Source: Monocercomonoides exilis PA203 (Eukaryota > Protista > Preaxostyla). Taken from it: a stretch of 64,000 nucleotides of DNA. The stretch spans positions 1,612,001-1,676,000 of the forward strand of contig LSRY02000005.1 of the NCBI GenBank assembly GCA_001643675.2, read 5' to 3'. Under the pieces are notes generated by a model. That model saw only the letters and a program-made list of their open reading frames with translations. It had not been told where the DNA came from and made no database searches. Position numbers and translations under genes: made by a program. Positions 40,623 through 52,960 of this stretch are shown here, one piece after another (the stretch's first letter is position 1; each line of letters opens with the position of its first letter).

Positions 40623-43600
40623 CTTTCTTCTTTTTCCAGTCGACAGTGAGATGAACGAACTTTTCATCAAACATTCTCTACACAAAGGCTTGGAAAAGAC
40701 ACACAAGTTATTTTGCATGAAACCATTGAATCAAAATATCCTCTTAATCTGTCAATCGAGTCATCTAATTATGAAATCTTGAAATCCTTCTTCTATCAGC
40801 TTTTCAGCTATCTCTTTTTTCACTGCCTTTCTTTTTGCTTCATCAGCTTCATTATCTGCCTTTTCTGAAAAGAAGATTGAAAGAATTCCGAATAATGTTC
40901 ACGACAACAACAAACTTCTTTGTCATTCAGTCGTGATTTCTGCATTTCCTATGATATCCAGTCCGCAACGTTGCCTTTCAACAAAGCTTCAATGCTTAAG
41001 TCTCTAATTATTGCAGTTTCTATTACAAAAAGTGAGAAACTTGTCTAATGATTCACTTTTATTCACTCCTGCTTTTCAGCACTGTCTTGTCATGCTTGTT
41101 GTGAACTTGATGTTTTCTTCATCTTTCATTTTCATCAAGAAAAATGGAAGTTTCGAATTGATCCCATTCATCTTCCTTTTCTTTTCCTTCTTTGTCATCT
41201 TCTTTCTTATTCAAATCCACCTTCCTCATCGCCTCATCCAGTTCTCTTGAAACCACTCTCACAAAATTCAGCTCATCTGCAACCCCCTTTTTCAAAACTT
41301 CTGATGAACTGAAACTGCCATGAACATTCAAATGTTTGTTTTGTCAGATTTCTGTGTTCTTCTTCATTTTCAATGATTTCTTTCATCTCCTCAAAAAACA
41401 GCTCTTTTTCTCTTTTCTGTTTCCAATTTGATGAAAACACCAACGTGTTTCCCATACCAACAAAGACAACACAATTTCACTTTTCAAACACTCCAAAACG
41501 ATTCAAAATCAACAACTCCATTTCCACTTCTTTTTGAATTGCTTCTCTTTCTTCATTGCTCGATCATGATTTTGAAAGACAAGACATGTTGATTTCATGA
41601 AAGTTCAATTTGCACAAGCTGTCAGGGAGAAGAGGGCATTTACAAAGATCAACAAGAAGTTCTTCACTCTTTTTTCCAACGATATTCATCCTGTCGAATA
41701 ATCTGCTCAATGAAGAGTTACAAAAAAACAAGCACTCAGAATTCTTCTCATCACTGATTAATATCCATCATGCTTCATCAGGTGAAAGGCTTTTTTTACC
41801 ATCGATTTCTTTTCTCCAATCGATTTGTTAATTGAATTGAACAATTCTATCTGCAAAACAAAAACAATCTCTTCTTCTTCCATTTTGTGCATCACCTCAT
41901 TTATCTCTTCAATTCTCTGCTTCTTCTCTATTTCTGTGTAATACTCCAATTCAGAGAAAATCTCATCAAAAAAGAATCGCAATCATTGAAGGAATTGAAA
42001 AGAATGCCAAAAATAAAAAATACTTGAAAACATGTCCTTTGAAGTCATTTTTTGTGATCAATCTCAAGATTGACTATCTTCACACCATTTCATTCAGAAT
42101 AATGCAAGGTGGAATTCAAGTTTTTTAAAAAACTGTTTGTCAACCAAATAAAGAGATATGAATCCAAAACGTTGTTGATTGTTTGACAAAATGAAAGGGG
42201 GACAATTTCAATTTCAATTGATTTGATTTGTGAAAAACAATGGAAAAGAGAGCAGAGTGAAATGAAATGACTCGGCTGAAAAAGACCAGAAAAGAAACAC
42301 ATTCGTTCATTTCGTATCAAATCAACAATAATTCAAAAAGAGGTTGTTTTGAATTGATCAAAGAGGAATTTCTGATTCTTCGAAGAGAATGCACAACCTG
42401 ATTTAAAAAGTGGATTTGTCTCAAGAGAATTGGAAAACAAGAAAACAACATTGTCGAAAAAGGAAAACAATTGTTTGTTTATTCTCGATATATTCAATCA
42501 AGGTTCAATGATAAATGATAATAGAACTCTTTTTTAATACTATTCACTTCAGCTTAAAGAGGTTGAAAGGAAAGAAATGAACAAAGAAAGGCAAACTTTG
42601 AATTATTAAAAAAAATATATTGGAAAACGAACAGATAAGAAGAAGAGCCTTTCATGAGATGAATGGAAAAGAAAAGTTGTTGAATGAGACAATAACATAT
42701 TAATTATCTTTCATCAAGAGGTGAGAAATATCTTTTTTGCTGAGAACAAAAACAATTTGAGAAGTTGAGCTTTTTTTCAAAGAACAAATCCACACACTTG
42801 AGATGGAACGTTAATTCCAATCAACTTGTTGAAGTCGTCCAACAGTGAAATCCAGTGAAAAAGAAAGGAAAAATACTCAAAAAAGCAAAAAAGACAAACA
42901 AAGGAATGTTTCTTCACATATGGAGAAAAAAATTTCTAATTTATTCTTTTTCATCTGGAGGAATGGAGGCTGACCAACTAAGATACACACATGAAGAAAC
43001 AGTTTCAATACAAAGTGAATGAAGAAGTCAACAAGAAATATGATCCATTCATTATAGAATTATATGGAAAGAAATAATAGAAGTTAAGCAGTCCTGAAAT
43101 CCTTCTTTTGAAATCGTTATCATTGCATCAAAACAATGCAACTTTTGAATGTTGGACATCTCATCAATTTATCTTTTTTATTTTTTCTGTGTTCAGAAAA
43201 TGCAAATTCTTTTGCTTCTCACTATCTGGGCTGAAATGATACAAGTGCCTTGTCTGTATCTTTTTATTCTGTCACTTTACCAATATCATCTTTCACAGTC
43301 ACAGCTGTTGAATTTGATGAATCGATTGCTATTGGTAGTTGCTTAATCCATCAAACAACTTCATTGATGAAAACCTTTCATTGAAGCCTTTCATCAAAGC
43401 TGACAATGTTCCATATTAATTTCTCTGCTGAGAACAACAGATTTCTTTTCATTTTTCATTTTGATTATTCCTTCTCATCATTTTCATGTTGCCTTCAACT
43501 GTTTGAGATATTAACAGAGTTTATCAAATCTCAAGTTTCAAAAACAGTTCTGCATTGTGATTGATTGATGTGAAGGGAAAAATGAAAAGGAGATGATTTT

Positions 43601-43660
43601 GTCTCAAAAGTTTCATCAAGGGCATTTCTTTCAACTCCTTTTGAAAATGAACTTTTTCAC
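40623..43660 (-). repeat. Inverted copy of the 1-3035 repeat, including the helical-family pseudogene (40623-41982)
   Basis: Same decayed peptides on the minus strand (FSELEYYTEIEKKQRIEEINEVMHK, IENEEEHRNLTKQTFECSWQ). Confidence 0.9.
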
Positions 43661-43990
43661 AAAAAACAAGAATAGTTGCAATTGGATTTCAACACTAACT
43701 TCATTTTGACAATAAAATAAATCTGTTAACGTTTTTTATTCGACGAATAAAACAAAACTCAATAAATAATAATTTGTCATTAATTTTTTCAATAATTCAC
43801 AAATTGCTCTTTTTAAAAGTGATAAACAAAACAAACAATATTTATTCTATAATCAAAATTTTAAAATGATCATATTGAGAATATATCAGATTCATTTTCA
43901 GATGTTTCAAAATAAATAATTTTAAATGGAAAATATAAATATATTGGGCGCAGGAATTTTTATTTTCAGTTTTTTCTTTCATCTTCATCC

Positions 43991-46900
43991 ATGGCGAGGT
44001 TCTCCACCAGCGCGAAAGTTGCATTCAATATTGTCGCTCTGATATTGGTTGTTGTCAATTGCTGCAATACCTCTGTTATTGCTGAAAAACAAAATCAACG
44101 AGAAACGAATTTGGAGATGCCAGAAAGCGCGATCAGCGTTGAAAACAGCAGCAACAAATACTACAATAAAAAAGGCATAGGTGCAGCAAAAGTCATATTC
44201 TCACCAGGTGATCGTGTCAATTGTGCCCGAACAAATGTGAATATCATCAATGCCTCGTTGTGTGTGAGCGATCTCGCCATGGAACCTCTTGGTGGCTGTG
44301 CATTCCTTTCTGCACAACATCACTCGTCATGCACCATTTTCTCCTCCACCTGCAAGATCCACGCAGATGCCAGCCACCCACTTTTCCTCTCTTCCCACAG
44401 CTCCCTTTCTCTCACCAACTTCTCCCTCTTCATCCCTCAACCAGCCATCCTCTCCTTCCCCCTCTTCTCCATCCCAAACAATCTCCTCCCAGATGCACAC
44501 TCTCCAATCCCAACCTCCTTCTCCATCTCCCACTCCTCTTTCTCTTCTTTCATCTCCCTCCACAATTCCTTCCTTTTTTCTCCTTCATCATCCTCTTCTT
44601 CTTCCCTTCTCCATCGCCATCTCCAAATCCATCTCAGTCTCCATCTCTCGGACACACTCTTCACAAACATCACCACTGCACCACAATCCACACACACCAT
44701 TCCTGCCAAACCCACACACACACACAACTCATTTACCACCACCACAAACACAAACACAAACACAATACCCTTCTTCTCTCTTCATTCCTCTCTCTCCATC
44801 CACTCAACCATTTTCTTCCACACTCACAACCCCATCGATGGTGCCATCCTCCCCGACCTCAACAGCCCAACAACTTCTCTTTCTGCCTTCAACGCCTCTT
44901 TTCTCCACCAAACACGCTCTTCAGCCAATGCTGCTGTGGTGCATGTTGGAACTGAAACTCAAAGAGCGAAACCTGGAAGATTGACTTCATTCGATGTTAA
45001 CAGCCATCGCTTTGAATGGTGCGAATGGAATGATTCAAATGGTGGTAGTGATTGGGGTGGAGCTCTTAAAGTGAATCGCACGAATGCAAATCTCACAATC
45101 ACTTCTTGTTCATTCAACAAATGCTCAACTTACGGGGAAGCAGGAGCATTATACTGTGGGCAACTATTGAAATTAAACATTGAAAAATCCAACTTCACAA
45201 GCTGCTCAGCTGCTCATGGAGGAGCTGCGAGATTAGATAATCCACAATCATCTTCTGTTTGGACATTTTCAGAAAACAGAGTGGAAAATTGTTCAATATC
45301 AGGTTGGTGTGGAACTGGCTGGTATTTTGCTCTAAATAATAATCAGTTAAATTTTCAATTCTCGTTTTCCAAATGCAAGTGCATCTCAAATTCTGGTGGA
45401 GATTCTGCTGGTTCTCTCACATTTCATTCACCTCCACAAAGTAAACCAGAGAAATTTTTGGTTAATGATTGCCAATTCATAAGCAACAAATTGATAAGTT
45501 CATCAACTTCATGGGGAGGTGCTGCGCTGTGTTGCACAGCAACTTTTTCCTGGATGAGCGGAAATAAATTCATCACATTCTGCTTCTTCGATGGCAACAC
45601 TGCCAAAAATGGCAGGGGAAGCGATGTGTTCTTCAATGGCAATTCAATCACCCAATCTCCATTCGAAAATTGCGTCTCAACAACTCCATCTTTAAGAGTC
45701 TGGAATCAAGGAACAGCTGATAATGAGACTTTCAACAGCTGGCTCCCTCTCGTCGCCCAGAACAAAGTCGTTGCCAACAATGGAACTGATGCTGATGTCT
45801 GTGGCAGACAAGGACGGACCCCATGCGCCACTATCGAGTACGCCCTCGATGGCTTTGCTCTCATGCAAGATGCATCTCTCACACTCCTCAGCTCAACATT
45901 TGTCCCAAATCAAACACTCACATTCATCGCTTCTAGCATCAAAATCACTGGAATAGGAACAGATGCCACCACCATTGCCTCCAGTGGCATTCCCCAACCA
46001 CCAAACTTACATTCACAGTCATCACAATCAACATCATCATTTTCTTCATTTTCGTCAACAGCATCTTCTTCTTCACCAGATCCATCTGCCTCGTCTGCCC
46101 TCTTCCAACAGACTCAGGGCTCCCTCACAGTCTCTGCCCTCGCCATCGCCCACAACTCCACAAATCAAATCACCCCCATCCTCTTCCACCTCTCCGGTAA
46201 CTCCCATTCCCTCAAACTCAACACAACCATCATCACCGGAACAACCCCATCTTCATCATCAACCACAACCCCCCTCTTCTTCCTCACTGCTGGCTCCCTC
46301 GCCCTCAACCACACAGCAATCACCAGTCTCGCCCTCAACAGCCAAAGCATCTTCCATCTCACCTCCCTCACAGCACCCCTCACCCTCAACTCCTCCAACA
46401 TCACCCACATCACCTCCACCGCCACTCCCACCAGCTGTGTCCTCTCCTCTGCCACCTCCCCTGCCCTCTCCCTCTCCCTCACCAACTGCACCATCACCAA
46501 CATCGACTCAGCTCCACAAAATCAACAGACTGCCACCAATGGAGGATGCATCTCATTCGCCTCATCTGCACCTGCCAACACATTTTCAGTGAGTGACACA
46601 GCCTTCTCCACCTGCTCTGTGAGCGAGGATACAAGTTCTGGAGGAAGAGGAGGTGCACTCATGATCGAGTTCAACCAAGGCTCACAAGTGTCAGAATCCT
46701 CCTTTTCCATCACCAATATCGTGTTTTCAGAGAACAAGGCCAGCGTTGGAAGAGATATGTATTTTGTGTGTGAATCACTTGTCGCTTCTGTGAAAGAGCC
46801 CTTTTTCGCCTTCATGAGAAGCATCACTGAAAAAGACAACTCAGTTGTTGGGCATGATAGAACTCAAATGTTTAGCGATTGGGATGTGAACCTGTTTGTG

Positions 46901-49900
46901 TTTTTGGATGGGTATTTTTCTGACACGATATATGTGGATGGAACATCTGGAGTGGAGGAAGTGTATTGTGGGTTGGAAAAGGCTCCATGTTTGAATGTGA
47001 ATTATGGGATGGGGCGTTTGAAGAGATCACAGAATATAAAACAGGAGATTATTCTATGTGCAAATTCATCTTTAAATGGATGCTTGGATGTTGGAGGAAT
47101 GAACGTGAAAGCAAAATCCGAGACAATTGTGGGTGTTGAATGCAAAAGGGAAGTGAGTGGCTCTGAAGACTGTATTCTGAAATCAACATTGGAGACAGAA
47201 ATTCAGTTCATCGGGATTATTGTTCCATCAAGATTTAATAGAGCAATCACATCGGTGATCGAATCAACCACTCAAAATGGAGAATTGCACATAAAGAATT
47301 GTGCAATCAGTGTGATTGGAGGAAAGGGAAGCACAATTGGATTTTCCTTGATCAGATCAACGGGAAAGATGGTTGAGCTGGACTCTGTCACGATTTCAGA
47401 TGTGAAATCATCAGTTGCGCTGTTTTCAATTTCTCCTTCATCAGGAAATATGAATGAAGACGAATTCAGAGTGAAACTGTTGAATTGCACAATGGAAGCA
47501 TGCAGTTTGGATAACACCTCATTTGATGGATCTCCATTGATGATATCTTCTTCCGTTTTGTTTGAAAGCAGCAACTTTTCGAATATTGAGAACAAAGACA
47601 GTGAAAAAGGAGGTGTTGCAAAAGTGACATTGCAAGGGAATGAAGAATTGGTGATGAAATCAACAAATGCATCATCTTGCTCACTTTCATCGAGCAATGG
47701 AAAAGGTGGGTTTTTGTTTTTGGATTGTCAGAGTTGCTTGAATGAAAAACCATTTATTTTTGATGCAGGAATTACTTTTGAAAACAACAAAGCAGCCATT
47801 GGAAAGAATGTGTTTATTTTGGGAAAGAATTTGAATAGTTCTGTCACAAATGATTCATTCAACTTTGATTATTCCTCAATGATAAATGATAAAACTCTGT
47901 TTGTTGGAAGTGACAACTTTCATTCAAACAAAGATTTGTTCTTGTTTCTGATTCCATTCAGCTCAACTGAGATATTTATCTCATCTGAAGGATTTGATGT
48001 TGCACGATGTGGAAGTGAAGAAGAGCCATGCTTCACAATGTGGAAAGGGATGGAAAACATGAACGATGGAGAAGGAAATAAAACAATACAAATATCTGGA
48101 TCAACCGTGGTTCAAGATTCATTCAATGTGTCCAGTTATCAGATCAAAAAGAGTGTGAAGATGGGAGAAGAAGATGCAAAAGCGAAATTGAATTTTGAAA
48201 AGGCAATTGGAAGCCAACTGGAATATTTCATGGGAAATGATGTTCATCTTGAATTGACGAATATCCAACTGCAATTGTCGTCTGGATTTGACAACTCATC
48301 CAAAGCTGTTATTTCAAACAACGCTGGTGAGTTGGAAATAACTGGATGCTCATTCCATTCAGAAGCAGAAGTGAACAATGGATTTGAATGTGTATTTGTG
48401 GATGTGATTGGAGGAACTGTGGAAGTGAATGATTTGTCGATTGAATCATGCAATGTTGGAAACAGTATTTTTGTTATTCACGATGATGGAGTTTCTTGCC
48501 ATTTTGTGAATATTCATGTGAAATCGTTGAATGAAAGTGGAGGATGCATTTTATCAATCAAGAAATCTGAAGCAGGGTTGAAGATAAATGAAGGAAGTGA
48601 AGGAGGGATAAACCTTCAAATTGACAAATCATCATTTTCAGGAGTGAAGAGAAGTGACAATGGAGCGAGCATTTTGGAATCAAAGAGTGAGAATAAGATT
48701 TGTTTGGTTATCAATGAGAGCAACATCACAGAAGGCAAAGCAGAATTGGGTGAAAAAGGAGGAGCCATATTCTTCACATTGGGTGCATCTGGATCAATGA
48801 AGATGATTGAATCAACAATCAGTCATTGCAGCTGCAACAACAGCACAGGAAGAGGTGGAGGAGTATATTTGGCAACAGAGGAAAGAGGGTTTCTCAATTT
48901 CACATTTGTGGGAATGAAATTCAGTGCGAACACAGCTAAAGTGGGGAATGATATTTTCATCGAATGTTTTAATATCACATCTCAGATAAATGAAAGGCAA
49001 TTTCAGCTTGATCTTCGAGAGGGACATTATTCACGAATTAATGCGATTTATGGAATTGATTGTTGTGAACACAAAGAAGATACAGATCTGATTGATTTTG
49101 TGACGATCCATCAGAGTGACACAATTATTGTGAGCAGTGTGAATGGATCAAACGATAGGCAATGTGGAACAAGCACGCTTCCATGCCATTCGATTGATTA
49201 TGGACTGATGCATCTGACTTCTGATTTCATAAGTCAGATGTTCATTGTTGAGGAGAGTGTGATTTGTGAAGAGATAAATCTGGAGGAGATGAGTTTGAAT
49301 TCGAAGAGCAGAGAGATGTGCAAAGTTGAAGTGAAATCAGGGATTGAAAGAATGAGAGAGACATTGGTAACAACAACAGGAGAAGTCTCGTTGTTAAGAG
49401 TGAATTTTGTATTTGATTCAAATTTCATTTCTTCACATGAATCGCTGATATCACCAGAAGGAGGAATTCTTGAAATTATGAATTGTTCTTTTACATCAAA
49501 ACAATTAGCAGAAGAAGGAAATGTGGCTTTTACGAGCATTCCATTTCATCTTTTAAATATGGAAAAAGGAGAATTACAACTTATGGAATGCAAAGTGAAT
49601 AATCTCATTCTTCATAAATCTGCATTATCTCTTTCATCACCACTTCCATCAACAATTGATTCATTAACGATTTGCAATTCAACAATTAAAACTTCTCTTA
49701 TTGAGATTTATGAATGTGAACAATTGAATATGGAGAAGTTTCATTCTGAAAATATCACAGTTGAAGGAAATGATGAATCATTGATATCTTGCTTTTCAAT
49801 GAAAAAGACGATGCAATTGACAAATTGCACAATAGATGGAGTTAGTTCACAGGCAACAAAAGGAAAATTGATGAAAGTGGAGGATTGTCTGGATGTGAAA

Positions 49901-52003
49901 ATGGACAGTTGCATTTTTGATGGGAATTCAAAGGAAGGAAATGGGCAGCTTTTCAATGAGGGAGAAGAGATGTGCAGATGGGATGGATCTCTTGTGAATA
50001 TTGCAAGGAGTTCTGTGATGATGAAAGATACAACATTATCAAATTCAGCGGAAGGAGGAATTACAATGAGCGGAGGTGAAATGACTATTGGTGATGGAAG
50101 ATTTGAGAACAATAATCCAACTTTTGAAGGATATCCATCGCTGAGAAGAAATATCATCTGTTCAGATTCTGGAACGTTGAATGTGATGAGTTTGAAGGGA
50201 GGAGATGGATTGAAGGATGGCTCATCATTGTGGATGTTGAATGATGGGTGCAGTTTTGAAGGGATTGTTTCTGAGAGGGATTCATCATTCTTCATTCCTG
50301 TTCTGGAAAGTGTGGAAGCAAAAGAAATAACAGATAGAATGAAGCTGATATTCAAAGGGATGCTTCTTGTTCCATGCAATCTGTCATTCTCAGTTGTGAA
50401 GAGGAAAGGAGAAGAGAAAGAGATTGAAAAATATGATTTTGATGGAAATGGGTTTTTATCAGAAACAGAAGTTGAAGGAAGTGTGGCAAAGGATCTAATC
50501 AGCAATTGTGGAGATGAAATCGAGGTGAGCGTGTGCATTCTGTTTGGGAATGCAGAATCGCCTTCATCAACAAATTCAATCATTCTGAAGAACAGAAGCG
50601 AGATTGAGCCAAAAGGAGATGAAAGAAATGTTGAAGGAGGAAAAGAAGGAAAATCGATATGGCCTCTAATTGTTGTTATATTGGCTGTGTTGTTCTTGAT
50701 TGCGATGATAATCTCCATTGTTGTTACAATTCGATGGAGAAGAGCAAAGAATGAGAATAAAGATCTGAGAGAGATTGTGAATGACTCTGTGAAAAAGGAT
50801 CCGAAACTGATTGAGATGGTGACAATGGAGATGTCACCTGAAGAGCAGTGGAGGAGAGCAGAGAGAGAAGCAGAGAAGAAAAACGAAGAAAGGATAAAGA
50901 AAAGAATAAATGGAAAGGAGATGGTGCATTCAGAATCTGAAGAGTATCTTCTGTCTGAGAGTGGTTCAACTGAATATATATTGGGAAAAGATTCAAACAA
51001 GATTCCTGATTGGGCATTGGAAAAGATTGATGAGAAGGAAGAAGAAGAGACAAGAAAGAGAACACCATCACCATCAATTTCATCCAATTGTTCAACTGAT
51101 TCAGACTCAACGTTTGTTCGATCGGAGAGTCTGTGTCCCACCACCTCATCCATGTCTAATCTGGTGGATGCGATGGCTTGCTCGTCTCCTCATGAGAAAT
51201 TGATTGTGGATTTGAGGGATTCGCTGTTCATGCTTCTTCATGGAAGGAATGAGAAGAAAGAGATGGCGATTGGTTCCTTGAAGGAGAGAGAAGTGACAGC
51301 TGCCCAAATCCTGTTCTGGGTGGCTAATCTCGCACTCCACTCATTTGATGAAATGGAAAATCCACTTCAGTCACTTTCCAATCTCAGCCCACACATTGTT
51401 CTGTTCTCTGAGCATATGGTGATCTGCATTGCGATGCATTCAGACTGTTCTTCTGATGATAGTTCAGATTCATCGTCGATCTCTTCATCAACAGTTGTGA
51501 CATCTGCAAGTGATGATGAAGATTCTCTGCCTTCATCGGCTTTTGAGGATGACGAGGACAATCGATATGAGTGCATGCGGTGGAAGGCGCCGGAGCTGCT
51601 GATGAACAAAAAGATGGGAGCGACAAAGGAGTCGGTTGTGTTCTCGATTGGGATGATGCTGTGGGAGTGTCTGACGCTGCAGATCCCGTTTGGGGAGTAT
51701 GAAGGGGAAGTGGCAGGGAAGAAGATAGCGAGTGGGGAGAGGCCGAATCTGAAGCTGGTGAGAGACTCAGACTATGAAGAGTTTGTGGAATCGCTGCTGT
51801 GGTACGACTGGCAGAAGCGGCTATCGCTGGAGGGGGTGAAGAAAGAGCTGCTGGGGCACATGCCTGCAGGAGCTGTGATGTTCACTGCATCAGACGCCAT
51901 AAGCCTCGAGGAGTCGGAAAACGAGGAGAAAAGGAGCACAGTCGAGATAAACTCACGTGCTCGTGAGGAGGCGGAGCGTTTGTTGAAGGAGATGACAGCT
52001 TAA
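43991..52003 (+). CDS. Large type-I membrane surface protein: beta-helix-like ectodomain, TM helix, degenerate kinase-like C-terminus
   Basis: Intronless 2670-aa ORF with an N-terminal hydrophobic segment, GGA-type repeats, repeated CG-x4-PC modules and TM IWPLIVVILAVLFLIAMIISIVVTI. The C-terminal RWKAPE..VFSIGMMLWECLTLQIPF lacks recognisable HRD/DFG motifs. Confidence 0.85.
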   Translation: MARFSTSAKVAFNIVALILVVVNCCNTSVIAEKQNQRETNLEMPESAISVENSSNKYYNKKGIGAAKVIFSPGDRVNCARTNVNIINASLCVSDLAMEPLGGCAFLSAQHHSSCTIFSSTCKIHADASHPLFLSSHSSLSLTNFSLFIPQPAILSFPLFSIPNNLLPDAHSPIPTSFSISHSSFSSFISLHNSFLFSPSSSSSSSLLHRHLQIHLSLHLSDTLFTNITTAPQSTHTIPAKPTHTHNSFTTTTNTNTNTIPFFSLHSSLSIHSTIFFHTHNPIDGAILPDLNSPTTSLSAFNASFLHQTRSSANAAVVHVGTETQRAKPGRLTSFDVNSHRFEWCEWNDSNGGSDWGGALKVNRTNANLTITSCSFNKCSTYGEAGALYCGQLLKLNIEKSNFTSCSAAHGGAARLDNPQSSSVWTFSENRVENCSISGWCGTGWYFALNNNQLNFQFSFSKCKCISNSGGDSAGSLTFHSPPQSKPEKFLVNDCQFISNKLISSSTSWGGAALCCTATFSWMSGNKFITFCFFDGNTAKNGRGSDVFFNGNSITQSPFENCVSTTPSLRVWNQGTADNETFNSWLPLVAQNKVVANNGTDADVCGRQGRTPCATIEYALDGFALMQDASLTLLSSTFVPNQTLTFIASSIKITGIGTDATTIASSGIPQPPNLHSQSSQSTSSFSSFSSTASSSSPDPSASSALFQQTQGSLTVSALAIAHNSTNQITPILFHLSGNSHSLKLNTTIITGTTPSSSSTTTPLFFLTAGSLALNHTAITSLALNSQSIFHLTSLTAPLTLNSSNITHITSTATPTSCVLSSATSPALSLSLTNCTITNIDSAPQNQQTATNGGCISFASSAPANTFSVSDTAFSTCSVSEDTSSGGRGGALMIEFNQGSQVSESSFSITNIVFSENKASVGRDMYFVCESLVASVKEPFFAFMRSITEKDNSVVGHDRTQMFSDWDVNLFVFLDGYFSDTIYVDGTSGVEEVYCGLEKAPCLNVNYGMGRLKRSQNIKQEIILCANSSLNGCLDVGGMNVKAKSETIVGVECKREVSGSEDCILKSTLETEIQFIGIIVPSRFNRAITSVIESTTQNGELHIKNCAISVIGGKGSTIGFSLIRSTGKMVELDSVTISDVKSSVALFSISPSSGNMNEDEFRVKLLNCTMEACSLDNTSFDGSPLMISSSVLFESSNFSNIENKDSEKGGVAKVTLQGNEELVMKSTNASSCSLSSSNGKGGFLFLDCQSCLNEKPFIFDAGITFENNKAAIGKNVFILGKNLNSSVTNDSFNFDYSSMINDKTLFVGSDNFHSNKDLFLFLIPFSSTEIFISSEGFDVARCGSEEEPCFTMWKGMENMNDGEGNKTIQISGSTVVQDSFNVSSYQIKKSVKMGEEDAKAKLNFEKAIGSQLEYFMGNDVHLELTNIQLQLSSGFDNSSKAVISNNAGELEITGCSFHSEAEVNNGFECVFVDVIGGTVEVNDLSIESCNVGNSIFVIHDDGVSCHFVNIHVKSLNESGGCILSIKKSEAGLKINEGSEGGINLQIDKSSFSGVKRSDNGASILESKSENKICLVINESNITEGKAELGEKGGAIFFTLGASGSMKMIESTISHCSCNNSTGRGGGVYLATEERGFLNFTFVGMKFSANTAKVGNDIFIECFNITSQINERQFQLDLREGHYSRINAIYGIDCCEHKEDTDLIDFVTIHQSDTIIVSSVNGSNDRQCGTSTLPCHSIDYGLMHLTSDFISQMFIVEESVICEEINLEEMSLNSKSREMCKVEVKSGIERMRETLVTTTGEVSLLRVNFVFDSNFISSHESLISPEGGILEIMNCSFTSKQLAEEGNVAFTSIPFHLLNMEKGELQLMECKVNNLILHKSALSLSSPLPSTIDSLTICNSTIKTSLIEIYECEQLNMEKFHSENITVEGNDESLISCFSMKKTMQLTNCTIDGVSSQATKGKLMKVEDCLDVKMDSCIFDGNSKEGNGQLFNEGEEMCRWDGSLVNIARSSVMMKDTTLSNSAEGGITMSGGEMTIGDGRFENNNPTFEGYPSLRRNIICSDSGTLNVMSLKGGDGLKDGSSLWMLNDGCSFEGIVSERDSSFFIPVLESVEAKEITDRMKLIFKGMLLVPCNLSFSVVKRKGEEKEIEKYDFDGNGFLSETEVEGSVAKDLISNCGDEIEVSVCILFGNAESPSSTNSIILKNRSEIEPKGDERNVEGGKEGKSIWPLIVVILAVLFLIAMIISIVVTIRWRRAKNENKDLREIVNDSVKKDPKLIEMVTMEMSPEEQWRRAEREAEKKNEERIKKRINGKEMVHSESEEYLLSESGSTEYILGKDSNKIPDWALEKIDEKEEEETRKRTPSPSISSNCSTDSDSTFVRSESLCPTTSSMSNLVDAMACSSPHEKLIVDLRDSLFMLLHGRNEKKEMAIGSLKEREVTAAQILFWVANLALHSFDEMENPLQSLSNLSPHIVLFSEHMVICIAMHSDCSSDDSSDSSSISSSTVVTSASDDEDSLPSSAFEDDEDNRYECMRWKAPELLMNKKMGATKESVVFSIGMMLWECLTLQIPFGEYEGEVAGKKIASGERPNLKLVRDSDYEEFVESLLWYDWQKRLSLEGVKKELLGHMPAGAVMFTASDAISLEESENEEKRSTVEINSRAREEAERLLKEMTA

Positions 52004-52960
52004 TAGACTTACCGTTGCAAAAACTGTTGTGCATGCAATAATCCATAAATCTCAAAGAAGAATTGAACGGTAGTGCCTGACAGAGAAAGGGAAATTTTTT
52101 TGTTTGGAAAAGTTAAAACATTGATGGAAAATGGCGAATATGTGAAAGAAAGAAAAGACAGAGAGAAATTGCGAAAAATGTTCAAATGTATTTATTAAAT
52201 TATTTGTTTTTTGTAATTGTTGGTATTTCGTTCGTTTGTTTTTGTCTTATTTCAAACAGATTCAAAGCAAAACAGTTGATTCTGAGAGATTCTTGATGTT
52301 GATTTTTGTTTCTTCTGTGTCAACGGTACTCAAAAAAAGAAATATTGCAAGGCAACAATTGACACACAGATATTAGAAAATCAAATCTTTCGGAGTATCT
52401 TTTGGGTGCATTTGAATTCTTCGAAAAAAAAAATTATAACATTATTTGAAAGATTATAATTTATTTGAATAGGGTTAATTGTATTCAGAAAAACGGAACA
52501 TTAAAAATTCGCAAACATAATTCAAAGAAAGTCCAAAATCTGATTCATTTAAGAAAAAAGGACGATTCCCTTCCATTATTATCTTTTTAACTTCAATAAA
52601 ATGGAAACAAAACCTAAATTGAGTTTTTATTTCCATTTCAGTGAAGTTTCGAAGGAGGAACAGAAATTTGATCAAAATATGAAATTCGTATTTCGTTTGA
52701 AAAAACAACAAAAAAAAGTTTTCAAAAAATTGTTGTGCATTATAATTCCAAGTTAATATTTTTCCATTGAAACAAAAAAAACAAATCAATTATTTTTGTA
52801 ACTCAAATCATCACCCTCATGACAAAAAATAGAGAAATTTATTTCGTTTCGAATAATCTTCCAAAAAAAGCAAAATGTTTGATTTCATTTGGGTTATTGT
52901 TTTTGAAATCATAATTTAATTCGGGGCGTTGATTTTTCAAAATTATTAAGTACTACTATA

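Noticed and set aside
49741-51153. 470-aa antisense ORF and other overlapping ORFs inside the 2670-aa gene
   Set aside because: Shadow frames caused by codon bias; no motifs.
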